From positions 62,001-126,000 of the forward strand of contig QPMI01000544.1 in NCBI GenBank assembly GCA_004431415.1: a stretch of 64,000 nt of DNA, written 5' to 3'. This document shows, one piece after another, positions 24,301 through 36,876 of the stretch. The DNA is from Cyanophora paradoxa CCMP329 (taxonomy: Eukaryota; Plantae; Glaucophyta). The notes under the pieces are model-generated. The model made no database searches, had not been told where the DNA came from, and saw only the letters and a program-made list of their open reading frames with translations. The position numbers and the translations under genes were made by a program. Every line of letters starts with the position of its first letter. Within the stretch, counting starts at the first letter, position 1.

Positions 24301-24637
24301 CGGGGCGCCTTCAGCGCGGACCCCTACATATAGCTACGTATACATCGTTGCTTATCGATCGGAGCTCTAGATCTAGCGCTCTTGCGCTCTTGTTGGATTC
24401 CGATGGCTCGCGATCGCGGGGACTCCGGGGATCCAGAGCCCGCCTGCACTCGGAGATCTAGATCTAGATATAGATTTATCATCGTATGGCGTATGCGGGC
24501 CGGGGGCGCGGCGAGCCGGAGCGCGTGCAGCCAGCAGGGCTTGCGGCGCGCGTCGGCGAGCTCCGGCCGTGGGCCCGGGGCCCGGGGCCCGGGGCTGGCC
24601 ATGGGCGCGAGGCATGTGCGAGGCGTGAGAGCGGGTG

Positions 24638-25622
24638 CAGCTGCAGGCGGTCTTCTGCTTGGCTTGATCATGAATAAATCTAGAGGTGGGGGGGCGGGGG
24701 GGAGGGGGGAGGGGGGCGGGGGGGGGGGGGGGGGGGGCAGAGGTAGGGGCGGGGGGCGCTTTCAAATTTTCGGGAGCACCAGAAATCTAGATCTAGAGCG
24801 GCCTTGAGGGAGGCCTGGACGTAAATGGGAAATAGCGTACCCTCAGATGCAGCTGAAGGCGGGAAGAAGTTTCGATCTGCTTGGCTTGAATAAATCCTAG
24901 AGGGGGGAGAGGGCAGAGGTAGGGCGGGGGGCGCTTTCAAATTTTCGGGAGCTCCAGAAATCAAGATCTAGAGCGGCCGCGGCCTTGAGGGAGGCCTGGA
25001 CGTAAATGGGAAACGCTGTAACCCCTGGCACACGAACTGAGTCTAGCCAGGGAGAAGCGGGGGGGGGGAAGGGGGGAGAGGGGGCTTTCTTACAATCACC
25101 CATATGCACGGCAGCCCGGCGGCCCCCCTCTCCCCCCCCTCGCCTCACCCTCCATGAGCCAATCCGAGCACACTGACATGATCATGATCATCAACGATTA
25201 TCGCAATAGTAATGATCAAGCACTAGGAATATTAAAATGAGATCTAAGCGTCGACGTCGGTCTAGATCTAGATCTAGATCTAAATCTGCGGCTGTCAAGA
25301 CGACACTAGCTATATAGATCAGATCCCGTCCCCGCACGCGCCTTCTAGATCTCACTCTAGATTTAGATGTCGCTCTCAATCTAAATGGCATCGATGCCAT
25401 GATCATCATATGCAGCTGCAGGCTGCAAGGAGAGCTGGCCGTGGGATACAGCGTTTCCCATTTACGTCCAGGGCTCCCCTATGGCCGGGGTGTCCCGCAG
25501 AGAGGAGAGCGGGGTATAGCGTTTCCCATTATCGTCCAGGGCTCCCCTATGGCCGGGGTCCCTCGCAGAGAGGATGGCTGTGGGGGTACAGCGTTTTCCA
25601 TTTACGTCCAAGGCTCCCCTTT
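24638..25622. repeat. Inverted-array element in unit 2 (2 left motifs, core, 3 right motifs)
   Basis: Same as 6298-7118 but with an extra diverged left unit at about 24736-24906. Confidence 0.9.
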
Positions 25623-27655
25623 CCCCTCGCTCTCTTCAGCCAACTGCAGGCCGACCGCATACCTCCCTCTCGCTCTCTCGACAGCTGGATGGGGGGTCGA
25701 GGAGGAGGCCCGAAAAGTCGAAAGATCTAGATCTAGCTAGGCGCCGTTCAACTCTCGCAGGCGACAATCCCAACACGATCATGTGGTGCGATTACGATCG
25801 AGCTGGCAGGGCGCCCACATCGATCGAGCTAGCCTACTAGGCGCCTCCCAGCCACCGGCCCGGGGCGGGACAGAAAGAATCCGAGGGGGGCAGATCTAGA
25901 GGCGCGCGCACTGCACGGCCGCGAGAGAGAGGAGCTCCGCCACCTCCCCGCCCGCCCGGGGTGCAGAGCTGGACCGCCGTGCGTGTCCCGGTCCGCTGGT
26001 GTGCGTCTCCTTTGCCTGCTCCTGCAGCTGAGCGAGGGAGCGACGAGGGGTCCCCGAGACCGGGGCGCCCGGGCCCGGGCGCGATGGGGGCAGGGCATCG
26101 AGAGCTCGAGCGAGCGGTCTCGATCGCGAGAGGGCGCACCGGTACGGCCCTGCCGAAGAGGCCGCCGTCGGCCCGGACGACGACCGAGGGCTCCGAGCGG
26201 GACCGGCCGCGGCGCGCGCGCCTCCGGTCCCGAAACCGTCCCGAGCCGGTCCAGCTCGGGGCGACGTCGAGCAGGCTGGCATTGGCCACATGCATGGCTG
26301 GCGAGACGCGCGCAGTGCGCCTAGCTGTAGCCGTAGGCCAATGGCAAGCTCAAGGCTAGGCCATGCGCGCGCCCGACGCGCCGCGGCCGCTCGGGCTCCT
26401 CGTGCTCGCGATCGAGCCCCCGCCACTCGATTCTTCTCCGTCTGCAGCTGCAGCTGGATCTGCGCGCCGCGGCGCGCGTTACGTGGCGGCGGGGCCGACG
26501 GGGCGCATCGGCGCATGCGCACTAGCACTGCGGCAGCTGCGCATGCAGGCCCGGGGCAGGAGACGCCCACGTGCGCGTGGGACGAGCTCTGAGATCGACA
26601 GCGCGCCATGGCGATCTCGATTCCACGCGTTCAAGGCCGCACGGCCAGCGCATCGCCGATCTAGATCTAGATCAAGACGGCTCGAACTCGATGCTGCATG
26701 ACGGCTTCACTCGCTGCGATGCCGATGCCGATGCCGATGCAATCGAGCCGATGCATGTGCCGCTCTTCCCCGCAAGCTCGCTCGACCGCACTGGGGGCGG
26801 CCGCCCGCGCTGTTCTCGCCGGCACGGGGCAAAGGATCCAGACTTGGAGCGTGCAGTCCGCCAGTGATCGGGCCCTAGATCTCCTTTCCGCACGACTTAA
26901 GCGCGGGGCGCGCGGGGCCACGGGGCGGCCTCGAGCGCGAGGTGCGACTGTACCCCACTGGCCCGCCCCGCTCTCTTGGATCGGCGGCTCCGACCCACCT
27001 CTGCGGTGCGGTACGCTCCTCTCGGATTTGGGCCCCCGTTCCGACCGGATTCGCAGACCCTGCGCCTTTCCGCAACATTCGATCCGCGAGCTACGAGCAC
27101 GCGCGATCCACCGTGGCACGCGCGCCATTTGAGAGCCGCGCTGCGAGCGCGGACGATGGCCTGCCGTCCACCGCAGCCGCCCCCGTGCGCCCCTGCCATC
27201 CGATCTGCGACCGCGGCCATCTCGCACCTTTCTCCCTCGATGGCGTCGCCCGATCGGCCCTCCACGGTGCACGCCGGCTCTTAGAATGGGTCTGGCCGCC
27301 TCTGGAAGACGCAGCGACGCCGGGGCTCGCAGGTCGCCGAGCTGGAGACGGGAATCTCTTCTTCTTGCATCCTCGGTTCGTACGGCGCTAAGCCTCGCCG
27401 ACCGCGCTCCCCGGGTCGCGCTCGCGTGCTCACCGACCCCTCAGCGGTGGCGGGGCGGCGTGGGACGCTTCGTTCTCTTCGGGCGGGCTGGGCGGGGGCG
27501 GCACCCGCGGGATCGGGCGGACGAGGCCGAGCGGGGGCCGATCCGTCGGCTCCGGCAGCTGCGGCGCGACCGCCGGCTCCATCCCTTTCTCTTCCCTCTT
27601 TCCGGCGCGCCCCCGTGTCCGGCGCGCCGTCCGGCCCGGTTCCTTTTGGCCGCGG

Positions 27656-30600
27656 TCACGGCCCGCGGTTCTTCCGCGGCCTCCCGCGCGCCCGCGGGGC
27701 CCCCGAGCCGCCCCGTACGGCGGCCCCCGCACGCGGCGTCGGAGGAGCGGGGGGCGAGGACGGCCCGCCCCCCAGGCCCAGCAGGTCGGAGATGCGGGCC
27801 GGGGCGTGCGGATGTCGACGGCGCCATTGCGGGCATCGTACCTCACCGGCGCGAGGGTGCGCACGCCCGTCCACTCGCGCGCGCTGCCCTCTGAGCTCGG
27901 CGTCCAGAGCGCCCCGAACCGGCGGAGGACGGCCCAGCGCGACTCGTACTCGCCGCTCGGGAGGCGCACCATCTGCACCAGCCGGGCGAACACGGTCCGG
28001 GGCAGCGGGTCCGCCGCGTGCGTCGCCACCGCCGCCGCCACCTGCCCCGGGGGTACGGGCTCGCGCTGACCCACCTCAGGTGCCACACGGGCCGCGACGG
28101 CGGGTCCGCGGGCTGCGCGGCGGGGAGAGCGGGGCGCTCCGGGCCGGAGACGCCGCGGGGGAGGCGGCCCGACGCCCCTTGGTCTCCGCCCCGCGTCCCG
28201 TCCCCGACGCCCCGCCCCCGCGGCGGGCCCTCGTGCGGCTCCCGCTGCCGTTGGGGCAGGTCTGCGCGTGCCTTCGGGCCCCCGCCGCCGTCTGAAAGGT
28301 CTGGCGTCGGTGAGACGGTGCGCGTGCGCGCGCGCGCGCTCGCTCCCCCTCGCTCGCTCGCGGAAGGGTGGGGCGGGGCGGGCTCACCCGTCGGCAGGGC
28401 TCGCAGTACCGGCCCTCTCCGATTGCGAGGTCGAGCTCCATCTGGTCTCCCGGGTCGAGGCGCCGCCGCTGCCACGGGAACCGCTTCGGCTTTCGCGGCC
28501 GCTCCTCTTCCTCCTCTTCCTCTTCCTCCTCTTCCTCTTCCTCTTCCTCCTCTTGCTCCTCCTCCTCCTCCTCCTCTTCCTCTTCCTCCTCTTCTTTGCC
28601 GCCCTCTGTCTCGCTCCGGCTCCCGCTCCGGCTCCCGCTCCGCTCCCGCTTCCGCTCCGGCTCTCCGGCTCCCTCCTTTCCGGGCGGGGTACCGCCTCCC
28701 CGCGGGGACGGGCGGCGGTGCGCGGCGGGACCGACGTCGGCGTCGCGCCCGTCGACGTCTCGGGAGCGCGGGGCGAGCTCGGAGGCGGCAGAGGGGCGAC
28801 CGCAAAGGGTACGGCGGTGCGGACGGGTACGGCGGTGGGACGGGTACGGCGGCGGGCGCCTCGCCGGGGCCCGGCCCGCCCGGGTCCGGATCGGCGGGGA
28901 GGAGGGCCGGCGGCGAGTCGCGGTCGGCGGCCCCCGTGGACCGCTCCCGCTCGGCGGCGCGGCGGCGCTCGTGCTCCTCGGCCAGGCGCTGGAGGTACGC
29001 GACGGCGGCCGTCGCCGTGCGCTGCCGCGCGCTGGCGTCGTAGTGCGTCGTCGCCGTCTGCGGCGTGTGCGCCAGGAGGCGCGCCACGCCCTCGGTCACC
29101 GCCGCCGCCGCGTCCCCCTCGATCAGGTTCACCGCCGCCTGGTCCCGCACGTGCGTCGTGATGACCGCCCGCATCGTCTTGGCCGTCACAGGCACCCCGG
29201 TGTAGCGCACCATCACCTGCGCGCGCGCGCGCGCGGGCGCGCGGGGCGCCGGCGTCAGCGTCGGCGTCGGGATTCGAGCCCACGCAGTAGGTTCGCTCCC
29301 CCTCTTCCCCCCCTCCCCCCCTCCCCCCTCCTCCCCCCCTCCTTCTCCCCCCCCCCCCCCCCCCCCCCTCTTCTCCCCGAGCGCACCTTTCTGACAAAGG
29401 CCGCCCAGCCGCTCTCGGAGAGGCAGGTGCCGAGGCTCGAGGCAAAGAGCCAGCCCTGGTCGGGCCCGCCCGGCGGCAGGAGGAGGGCGCGGAACCGCTC
29501 GATGTAGACGTCGAGCGGCCCCTGGAGGCAGTCGGCGATCGGCACGATCATCGCGCCGTGGGACCTGCGCGGCCCGGCCTCGGCGCGGGCGGGAGGGGGA
29601 GGGGCAGGGGGGTACGAGGGCGCGGGGGCGCGCACTTGGCCGTCTTCGAGACGAGCTCGCCGGTCTCCCCGTGGCGCATCTCGAGGAGGCTCAGGTGCCA
29701 CCGCCCGCCGTCGCGGCGCAGCGTGTGACCGATGCGCAGGCGCCGCACGACGCCGACGCGGGCCGGCGTCACCGAGATGAACCCGATGAGCACGGCCTCG
29801 CGCAGCAGCCGGGCCTTGTCCAGCTCGAGCGGCGCCCGCTCGTACGCCGCGAGCGCCTCGACCCGCGCGGACAGCACCGCGTCGAACGAGACCCAGTTCG
29901 GTCCGCGCGGCCGCCACCCCCGCTGCTGCTTCTTCTCCTTTTCGAGCTGCGTCTTCAGGTTCCGGAGGGGGCGCGCGTGGGGACCCTCGGAGGACCCTCC
30001 GCCCGGCCCGCCCGACGTACCCCCTCCGCCGCCGCCGCCGCCGCCGCCGCCAGAGGTGCGGGAGCAGACAAAGGTGTAGGCCTGCATGATGCTCTGCGTG
30101 TACCCCGCGAGCGTGCCGGGCGCGAGACGGCGCTCCTCGCGCAGGTACTGCAGGAAGCGGACGTAGATCTCGACAAAGTCGGCCCGCGCCAGCAGGTCCA
30201 TGGTGAGGGGCCCGACGCGCTCGCGCTCCTTGACGTACCCCAGCAGGCGGCCGATCGTCCCCACGTCGTTGACGAGCACCGTGCTGCGCTCCGCCGCGCC
30301 CCCCTGGCGGTCGGGGTTGAGGGCCGAGGTGCGCCACGCCTGAAACGCCGCCAGCTGGTTCTTCAGCTCCCGTGACATCTCCGCCTCGCGCAGGGCGTAC
30401 GGCGCCAGGCGCTCCGGCTCCGGCTCGCCCCCCCCGTCGGCCGCCTCTTCCTCCTCCTCCTCCCCCTCCCCCTCCTCCTTGCCCTCTCCTCCCTCGGGGG
30501 CTTCGAGGGGCCCTGCGTCCTCGCCCTCTTCGGCCTCGGCGGACGATCCCGAGGAGCGGGAAGAGGACGAGGAGAGCGAGGGCGGGGGCGGGGGCGAGGG

Positions 30601-32403
30601 CAAGGGCCCCGGCGGCGCGGCGGCGGGGGCGGAGGAGGAGGAGGAGGGGGAGGGGCCGGGGCCGGCGGAGGGGCCCCCTACCCCCCGCCGACGGGCGGCT
30701 CGGGGGGGTACCGAGGGGGGCGGCGGGGGGAGGACGACGCGCTCGGCGTCGGGCAGCGAGTCCTCGTCAAAGAGGACGACCTCCTTGTCCACCATCCCGC
30801 TCTCCAGGAGCGTCCGGTACGCCTCGCGCTTCTCCGCGATGAAGCGCCCGTTCTCCTCCGAGATCGCCGCCGACACCGCCTCGCCCCTTCGCACGTAGGC
30901 CAGGCTCCCCGCGGAGATCTCGTCGCCCCAGGGGAACCCCGTCATCACCTCCGTCGTGAGCGCCTCGGCGAACCAGAGCGTCCACGGCCCGCACTGGTAC
31001 CCGTCCCCGACCTGCAGGCGCCCGCGCGTCTCCGTGACGAAGCGGTAGCGGGGAAAGGCGGCCTTGCAGGCGCGCTCGAGCCTGGGGTCGGGCGGGCCGC
31101 CGAGCGAGTCCCAGAAGCGCGTCTGCTTCGACGCCCCGTCCACCGCGAGGAGGGTCCAGTGGCCCCCGCTCGATCCCCCCTGGGTGCGCTCCCCGCCGCG
31201 CCTCAGGTTGCCCACGCTGACGGGGCAGAGGACGCAGGTCCCGCGCTCGGCGGCGCCCAGGGCCCTGCGCGCCCGCCGCGCCTCGTCGGCGCGCGCGTAC
31301 CGGAGCAGCAGCGACGTCACGATCTCGACGTGCATGGGGTAGAGGGCCTTGATCCGTCCCCCGGCGCCGGCGCGGAGCAGCAGCAGCGTGAGGACGTTGG
31401 CGATCTCGGCGTCGCGGAGCCAGCTCTTGCGGCCGAAGATCGAGATGCGGCGGGCCAGCGGGAGGGGCCGGGAGGGCCCCGCAGCGGCCACGGCGGCCGG
31501 GTCCGCCCCCTCGAGCACGAGGCGGGCCCTCTGGAACTCGGCGGCCAGCCCCTCTCTCCGGTCCGGCAGCGCCCCGAGGAAGCGCTCCGCCCCCAGGGCG
31601 CTGACAAAGGCCCACCTGCGCGCAGATCCGTGCGTCGCGACGTCGGCCCCGAGGCCGCCGTAGTGGACGAGGGTGCGGGTGAGGAGGGCGAGCCGCTCGC
31701 GCCCCACCGTCCGCGTGCTCGCCTCGAAGCGGTGCGGCCCGCCCACCGCGAGGTCCGGGTGCCGCCTCATGATCTCCATCCGGACGCAGTTCGTGGAGCG
31801 CGAGTCCCCGTAGGCCGCCTGGGCGAGGCTCGCCAGCGGGATCCACCACTCGAGCTCCGGCACCTGCGTACCCCCCCCCCCGGCCCCCACCGTTGCCGGC
31901 GGCGATGGGAAGGGGGGTACAGGGGTACGCACCTCGATCCGCCGCGCGCGCACGGCCAGGAACCGATCCCCCGCGGCGCGCAGGACCTGCATCTCGAGGC
32001 GCTCGAGACGGGCCTGCCTCCGGCGCTCCAGCGCGGCGTAGAGCTCGGCCGCCCCGCGGTGCATGCGCCCGTCCTGCGAGCGCTCCCACGTGTTGCTCAC
32101 GATCGGCTCGACGTAGCGCAGGGGCAGGACCCGCGGCGGCCGCTCCTGCGCGTCGTGCACGTTGCGCGCGATGGCGCCCAGCGTCTCCAGGAGGAGGATG
32201 GCGTTTTCGTCGGGCAGCGGGCGCGTCGGGACCCGGTGCGCCTCGGTGAGCGCCTCGTCGCCGCTCGCGATGCCCAGCAGACGCCTGAGCTCGGCCGTGC
32301 AGACGCAGGGGCCGGCGTCCGTCCGCAGGACCACGAGGCGGGCCGGCCCGTACGGGCCCTCGAACTCGGCCAGCTCGTACGTGTCCGTGACCGCGGAGAA
32401 CAT
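27656..32403 (-). mobile_element. Tyrosine recombinase-Ulp1/C48 protease multidomain gene, copy 2 (best preserved; at least 5 introns)
   Basis: 951-aa ORF plus downstream exons. C48 motifs: HWTLLAVD, FWDSL, QVGDGYQCGPW. SAM-like segment: FLQYLREERRLAPGTLAGY. YR motifs: R (TPAR), K (KTAK|SHG), KTMR, LAHT, THYD. Also a CxxC-x12-H-x3-C finger and a C-terminal RGRPRK. Introns include 31864-31932, 29565-29635 and 29217-29385. Confidence 0.9.
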
Positions 32404-33811
32404 TCTCTGCTCCCCGCGGCCGCCCCTCTCCGAGGTCGGGCGCGCGGGGGGCTTTTAGTCGCGGCGCCCCGGCCCCCTCTCGGGCCTTTGTCGGCCCCTT
32501 AGTTGCAGTACCCTGAGGCCTTTGCCGGCCCGCTTCATTGCAGTACCCCTGCCTGCCTCGCGACCTCGCATTCATTGCAGTACCCCTGCCCGCCTCGCTT
32601 CCCCCACCTCTTTTCCCGCCCCTCGGGGCCGCTTCCGAGGCCTCGCTCCGCGCGCCTTGCGCGGCGCGAGCGCCGGCGCCGAGCGCGCTATCAGCGTAGA
32701 ACGGCGTGCAGAGCACGCACGGCGCCTTTCCGCGCCGTTTGCGCGCGTCTGGAGCGCCCCTGGGGGGAGGGGGGCCCCCCCGGGGTCGCGATCGAGGGCC
32801 GAAAGAGGGGCCGCATATACCGCACTAAAATTAGCATCAATTAGAGGGGGTCCCCTGCATCCCTTCGACGGCCTTTGTGCGGATCCGAAAATTCATTTGA
32901 CCCCTTTTTCGGGGGGGGTGGGACTGGTATGGCAATTTTCCCTTCCCCAATTATTGGGCTATCCTGAAAAAAATATATACCGGTAGAACTACTGTGTAAT
33001 TGGCTGGGATCCGGTACCGAGAAAGTATATATATCATGATCATATGCATATGCATAGTATGCTCCTAGATATGCTCTTAGTAGCTATAGAACGTCATATG
33101 CGAAGTTCTAGGTTGCCATTGGCCGAGGCAATTTGACGGTTCGATTCGAATTCACCCCACCGGTACCGAGCACAGCCCGCGGGAAAACCGGGCCTCGAAT
33201 TCGAACCGATGGCAGAATTAGCAGTTTCATCTAGGCGCGCTTAATATCAGCTAATAACTGCCGGATCTGCCAGCTTTTTGCCCGCTCTCCCCGCCCGCCC
33301 GCCGCGTCCCCCGCCGCAGGAGGCCGCGCAGCGCCGCCGCCGGGCGCCCCGGATGCGAGGGGACGACGCCGCGACGCCGCCGACGCCGCCAGCGGACGCC
33401 GAGCCCGCCGTGCAGCCCCGCCGGCGCCCGCGCTCCCCGCCCGCCCGCCGCGCGCCCCGCCGCATGCAGGAGGCCGCGGCGCAGGAACCTAGCGGGGAAG
33501 GGAAGGCGGAAGGCGGGCGGGAAGGCGGGGCTAGCGCTCTCACGACCGCTAGGTTGACGCCGACGGCATTTAATAAAACTGCTAGAAAATTACAGCAGCT
33601 TTACAAAATTTAATCTGTTATATATAAAGGTAATAAACCCTACTCTCAGAGTCTGAGGCACAGCGGACGTATGAGACCGTACGACGGTTCTGCATCATAC
33701 CTCGAGTCTCGTTGTCCTGTCTCGCGCATTCTGTGGTCACTCCTGGGAGTCCTGGCGGACCCGGCCCACACACCCGGGGCCCGGCCCGCCCGGGGGCCGG
33801 ATTCGACATGT

Positions 33812-34398
33812 ACAGAGCTACATTGGATCTCAGCGCGTATTACTCCGTACCCCTGCGCTATGTGGGGCCGTGCCGAGTGCCACGGAGTAGGGTTTATGAA
33901 AATAAGTATTACAAGAAAAAGCGATTACGCAGCATGAAAATAAGGTGGCGGCGCGATATATTATAGCTGAGAATTACGGGGGCTGGCTCGTGTAATTATA
34001 AGCCAAGCCGGGGCCGGGAGGCCAAGCGCGTAGGGGAGGGAGCAGAGAAGGCGATTCCGCTGGGGGTACCCCGTTGCGGTCCAGGCTTGCGGGCGATGCG
34101 CGCCGGTTCGCCTGACTCTACGAAGCGCCGTGTTCGCGCCGGTTGGGCAGAGCTAGCCGAGCCGGGGGCCGGCCTCCGTCCCCGTCGGCTTGCGGGCCAA
34201 GCTTAAGCCAGCCCCCGCAATTTTCGAATATATATTTTCACCACCTGTCTCCAAATTTCGTGCACTTTAATTTTTACGCCTCTTTTTAACAGTTTTAGAG
34301 AAATATCCAAACTCGACGACCTATTCAGGCGACCAATCAAATCGTTCCTGCAATTGGGGGTACGGAGTAATACGCGCTGAGATCCAATGTAGCTCTGT
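33812..34398. mobile_element. MITE with 41-42-bp TIRs, copy in unit 2
   Basis: Same TIRs as 15244-15826. Confidence 0.85.
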
Positions 34399-34413
34399 TA
34401 ACCCCCCCGGGGG

Positions 34414-34805
34414 TAGGGTTGCCGTGTCAATTGACATGTCAGTCTACCCTGTGGACATTGACATCGGACATTTGACATGTCAACCGACATGTCAACTGAC
34501 ATTGATTATTATATTATATTATATTATATTATATTCCAAAAGTGAGGCGGCGGGGCAGCTTGGGCGAGGTCCTCAGCGCCTCCCCGCTGCCCTCTGCCTC
34601 CTTCCTAACATCAGAAACGTGCTGCTAACGCTTGCAGAGTGCTGCTTACATGTTTTAATCATGATTTGCATGCGTTTTGGCTTGTTTGGAGGGGTATCCC
34701 CCCCAATGTCAATGGACATGTCAACCCGGACCCGTGGACATTGACATGACATGTCAACTGACATTGACATGTCAATGTCAATTGACATCGGACACGGCAA
34801 CCCTA
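34414..34805. mobile_element. hAT-type MITE, copy in unit 2
   Basis: TIR TAGGGTTGCCGTGTC with a perfect 8-bp TSD CCCGGGGG at 34406-34413 and 34806-34813. Confidence 0.9.
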
Positions 34806-34930
34806 CCCGGGGGCCGGGGCCCGGTGGCCGGCCCGCCCGGCCGGCCCCCGGCCGCCGACGGCCGGGCCGGCCCGAGCCGCCCGACTCGGCGAGCCTGGCG
34901 ACTCAGTGTACTACGGTAGAAGCTCTACTA

Positions 34931-35215
34931 CCGTAGAACAGGAAAATACTGTATTCTGATAATTAGTGGAGCCCGAACTTATAATTATAGTGGACCGAAA
35001 TCTTGACTTAGTCCACTAATTTCGGGATCCAGTATTTCCCTAGGCCTCAGATTCCCTGTTCCTGAGCTGCCCCATACAGTACCCCCCAAAATTACCGCCC
35101 CATACAAGCCTGACAAGGTTTTGGTCCACTAATTTCGGGCTCCAGTATTTTGCCTAAGGGAGGGCCAAGTTTTCTAGTCCACTAATTCCCGGTCCACTAT
35201 TTTCCTGCTCTACGG
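34931..35215. mobile_element. Tc1/mariner-type MITE, copy in unit 2
   Basis: TA|CCGTAG...CTACGG|TA ends, as at 16352-16633. Confidence 0.85.
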
Positions 35216-35627
35216 TAGGCTACTAGGCTAGCTACTAGGCCGGGTAGGCCCTGAGGCTAGCGTTAGCTACCCTAGCCTGATCATAGTACCGTAGTACAGT
35301 GGTTCAACCGGTTTGCTTATAATTATTAGCCTAGTAGCCTAACTTTAGTAACACACACTCTGACAGCACACACTCCCGGAGTCCTGACCTCGCCGGTCAC
35401 ACACACTGCGAGGCGAACCATAAGCCGCAGATCACTCGGTCACCAGCTGCGAACCTTCAAAGAATGTCGTGCGCATGCGCACGCGACGGCTTAGGATAAG
35501 CAATGCGCGAAAATCGCCATGCGCGCCGTGCGCGGGGTTGATTGGCGTATACACATGCCATGGCCCATGCCAGAACTAGTCAATGCTCTAGATCTAGATC
35601 CAATCCGATCGTCGTTACCTTAAGCTT

Positions 35628-36801
35628 GTGATCAGTGTCGTCAACGTGGCTCTGAACAAGTCAGTGACAGCAAACAACCAGTACTTGGATTACGGACCGG
35701 AAAGACTGACGAGTGCGTTTAATGTAATTCTCAAACTCAAGATCTTGCTAAACGTGCATGCGCGTGACCGCAGATGGGGACAAAAGCAATGTTTTCTACC
35801 ACAGCACCGACGCAGATACCACCGTCTCCATCAATCTCGAAGTGCCCTGTTTGACTAGATTGGGCATGAGTCGTGAAAAATTGAAGTATGACGCGATTTT
35901 CAGGCTGACTACCTAATCAGCTCCGTCGACATCTACAATGTACGAATAAATTTGATTGATGTCACTCGTCACTTACAGCTCTGTATTCGCACCTGCGCAG
36001 CGTACCGATTGTGCGCGAATCCTTTCATTTACAGCCGTGGACTTTCGGCAATGCGCTGCAACATTGGCGCATTCGTGTTTAACTGCACACGTCCGAATAA
36101 TGACCTTGCGCACCCAGGCTGCTCGGACAGGTTGAAGAATTTCAACATCTCGGTCTACGATGACGGCAAGCTGGTCTGCTCGCGATCGCTTCAATATGAA
36201 AACTTAATGACCGCGTCATTTAATTAGCATATATACACCTTGGCCAATGCTAACTTGATTCGTGCTCATCCTGTGGATGAGCTAGGTCTATGCATCCGAC
36301 AAGCTAGATGCGAATTCCGCTGCGAAGTTCAGCCACCCACTCACCAACATTACTGGTGAGCCCTAATTACAACGTTGCTGCTGATTACAACGCGTGCGAT
36401 CATATCGGCGTTAAAAAATACAGCCTTCTACTCATACTTAGATTCGGGCAAACTAAAACAACAGTCTAATCTATGTTTTTCGCAGGAGATCAGGTTACAA
36501 TCAGTAAACCAGCGGGATGTGCGTTTTTCAATGCTCGAGGCTCGCGATCGGTCAATATCATCCGAAATCAATGATGACGATGCATCCTCGTGAATGCGCA
36601 GATTACTTGAACATCAACGAAGTCGAAGTTATGGGCACGGTTAAATCAAGCCCCGGATCCAGTGCTTCTGTCACGCCGCCGGCTCTGCTCTCGACCTGCC
36701 GGAACCTTTCCCTCAGTCGAGACTCGTCCATCTCTCAACCGGACAGCCAAGTGAACATGCCCTCGATCTTGAACGCCGAGTGCAAGTGCGCCTTCGTCTA
36801 G
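35628..36801 (+). CDS. F-type lectin-like gene, copy 2
   Basis: Duplicate of 17044-18214, with extra bases in homopolymers of the last exon. Confidence 0.65.
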
Positions 36802-36876
36802 GCCTTCTATATTGTAGCTACGTAAAAGAAAACTGCTATTAACGTTACTAACGCAACTTAGATCGGCATCTGGGGA

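Larger units (their letters stand above)
6114..24455 (+). repeat. Segmental tandem duplication, unit 1 (about 18.3 kb)
   Basis: Colinear near-identity with 24454-43075. Differences are mostly homopolymer lengths, with a few substitutions and one indel of about 170 bp. Confidence 0.97.
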
